A DNA stretch of 64,000 bases, from assembly GCF_963921235.1 (NCBI RefSeq), contig NC_086097.1, forward strand, positions 194,248,001 to 194,312,000, read 5' to 3'. Each line of letters begins with the position of its first letter. Position 1 is the first letter of the stretch. This stretch comes from Mobula hypostoma. Taxonomy: Eukaryota. This document shows positions 61,756 through 64,000 of the stretch, in pieces. Made by a program: the position numbers and the translations under genes. The notes below the pieces were generated by a model. It was given only the letters and a program-made list of their open reading frames with translations. It did not search any database and was not told the DNA's origin.

Positions 61756-63870
61756 AACAACTCGCGGATACCTCCTCTTATTTACCCCTTGATCGTGACC
61801 CCACTAAGGAGCACCAGGCCATTGTCTCCCACACCATCACCGACTTTATCTGCTCAGGGGACCTCCCATCCACTGCTACCAACCTTATAGTTCCCACACC
61901 TCACACTTCCTGTTTCTACCTCCTACCCAAGATCCACAAACCTGCCTGTCCTGGCAGACCTATTGTCTCAGCTTGCTCCTGCCCCACCGAACTCGTTTCT
62001 GCATACCTCGACACGGTTTTATCCCCCCTTGTTCAATCCCTTCCTACCTATGTTCGTGACACTTCTCACGCTCTTAAACTTTTCGATGATTTTAAGTTTC
62101 CTGGCCCCCACCGCTTTATTTTCACCATGGATGTCCAGTCCCTATATACTTCCATCCCCCATCAGGAAGATCTCAAAGCTCTCCGCTTCTTTTTGGATTT
62201 CAGACCTAATCAGTTCCCCTCTACCACCACTCTCCTCCGTCTAGCAGAATTAGTCCTTACTCTTATAATTTCTCCTGTGGCTCCTCCCACTTCCTCCAAA
62301 CTAAAGGTGTAGCTATGGGCACCCGCATGGGTCCTAGCTATGCCTGCCTTTTTGTTGGCTTTGTGGAACAATCTATGTTCCGTGCCTATTCTGGTATCTG
62401 TCCCCCACTTTTCCTTCGCTACATCGACGACTGCATTGGCGCTGCTTCCTGCACGTATGCTAAGCTCATTGATTTTATTAACTTTGCCTCCAACTTTCAC
62501 CCTGCCCTCAAGTTTACCTGGTCCATTTCCAACACCTCCCTCCCCTTTCTAGATCTTTCTGTCTCTGTCTCTGGAGACAGCTTATCCACTGATGTTTACT
62601 ATAAGCCTACTGACTCTCACTGCTGTCTGGACTATTCCTCTTCTCACCCTGTCTCTTGCAAAAACGCCATCCCTTTCTCGCAATTCCTCCGTCTCCGCCT
62701 CATCTGCTCTCAGGATGAGGCTTTTCATTCCAGGACGAGGGAGATGTCCTCCTTTTTTAAAGAAAGGGGCTTCCCTTCCTCCACTATCAACTCTGCTCTC
62801 AAACGCATCTCCCTCATTTCACGTACATCTGCTCTCACTCCATCCTTCTCCACAAGGAATAGGGTTCCCCTGGTCCTCACCTACCACCCCACCAGCCTCC
62901 GGGTCCAACATATTATTCTCCGTAACTTCCGCCACCTCCAATGGGATCCCACCACTAAGCGTATCTTTCCCTCCCCCACCTCTCTGCTTTCCGCAGGGTT
63001 CGCTCCCTACTCGACTCCCTTGTCCATTCGTTCCCCCCCATCCCTCCCCACTGATCTCCCTCCTGGCACTTATTCTTGTAAGCAGAACAAGTGCTACACA
63101 TGCCCTTACACTTCCTCCCTTACCACCATTCAGGGCCCCAAACAGTCCTTCCAGGTGAGGCGACACTTCACCTGTAGTCTGCTGGGGTGATATACGGCGT
63201 CCAGTGCTCCCGATGTGGCCTTCTATATATTGGCGAGACCCGAGCAGACTGGGAGACCGCTTTGCTGAACACCTACGCTCTGTCCGCCAGAGAAAGCAGG
63301 ATCTCCCAGTGGCCACACATTTTAATTCCACATCCCATTCCCATTCTGACATGTCTATCCACGGCCTCCGCTACTGTAAAGATGAAGCCACACTCAGGTT
63401 GGAGGAACAACACCTTATATTCCGTCTGGGTACCCTCCAACCTGATGGCATGAACATCGACTTCTCTAACTTCCGTTAATGCCCCACCTCCCCCTCATAC
63501 CCCATCTGTTATTTATTTTTATACACACATTCTTTCTCTCACTCTCCTTTTCCTCCCTCTGTCCCTCTGACTATACCCCTTGCCCATCTCTGGGTTCCCC
63601 TGCCCCTTGTCTTTCTTCCCGGACCTCCTGTCCCATGATCCTCTCGTATCCCCTTTGCCAATCACCTGTCCAGCTCTTGGCTCCATCCCTCCCCCTCCTG
63701 TCTTCTCCTATCATTTTGGATCTCCCCCTCCCCCTCCCACTTTCAAATCTCTTACTAACTCTTCCTTTAGTTAGTCCTGACGAAGGGTCTCGGCCTGAAA
63801 CGTCGACTGTACCTCTTCCTAGAGATGCTGCCTGGCCTGCTACGTTCGACAGCAACTTTGATGTGTGTTG
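61756..63870 (+). mobile_element. Penelope-like element (Neptune-type) with RT, Cys-rich linker and GIY-YIG; frameshifted
   Basis: YLLPKIHK, GRPIVS, TMDVQSLYTSIP, AMGTRMGPSYA, LRYIDD, LPFLD, CKQNKCYTC, IYGVQCSRCGLLYIGET; acaaggaca duplication on both flanks. Confidence 0.95.
63772..63809 (+). ncRNA. Minimal type I hammerhead ribozyme motif in the Penelope 3' end
   Basis: tagtc-CTGACGA-agggtctcggcct-GAAA-cGTC^gactg, identical to 6195-6232. Confidence 0.8.
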
Positions 63871-64000
63871 GATGAACAAGGACACCTAGATCTCTTCGTA
63901 CTTCCCCTTTTCCTAACTTGACACCATTCAAATAGTAATCTGCCTTCCTGTTCTTGCCACCAAAGTGGATAACCTCACATTTATCCACATTAAACTGCAT

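Larger units (their letters stand above)
61058..64000 (-). mobile_element. CR1 LINE (61058-61755 and 63871-64000) interrupted by a Penelope element; runs off the window
   Basis: LVRPHLEYCVQFWSP; MQFNVDKCEVIHFG...RDLGVLVH is collinear across the insertion. Confidence 0.92.

Overview
Vertebrate genomic DNA. The repeat landscape suggests a cartilaginous fish, probably a ray (inference). The whole window lies inside one minus-strand gene, SMCHD1. I traced 19 consecutive GT-AG coding exons from 59582 down to 4150, which splice into one open frame of 2366 nt and correspond to about human exons 13-31 (end of the transducer domain, BAH/Ig-like region and long linker). The introns are packed with transposable elements: CR1 LINEs, Rex1/Babar-type LINEs and their non-autonomous derivatives, Penelope-like elements (RT, Cys-rich linker and GIY-YIG), Tc1, Tigger/pogo, a hAT MITE and tRNA-derived SINEs. 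Many are nested and have readable target-site duplications (TSDs). Most notable: (1) minimal type I hammerhead ribozyme motifs in the Penelope 3' ends, with two intact copies antisense to SMCHD1 and every host-sense copy mutated; (2) a Penelope element with an inverted 5' end stretched to about 10 kb by six nested insertions; (3) an in-frame Rex1/GIY-YIG chimeric ORF; (4) repeats bracketing frame-symmetric SMCHD1 exons. I cannot claim a wholly new biological system. TE boundaries are approximate and were read by eye.
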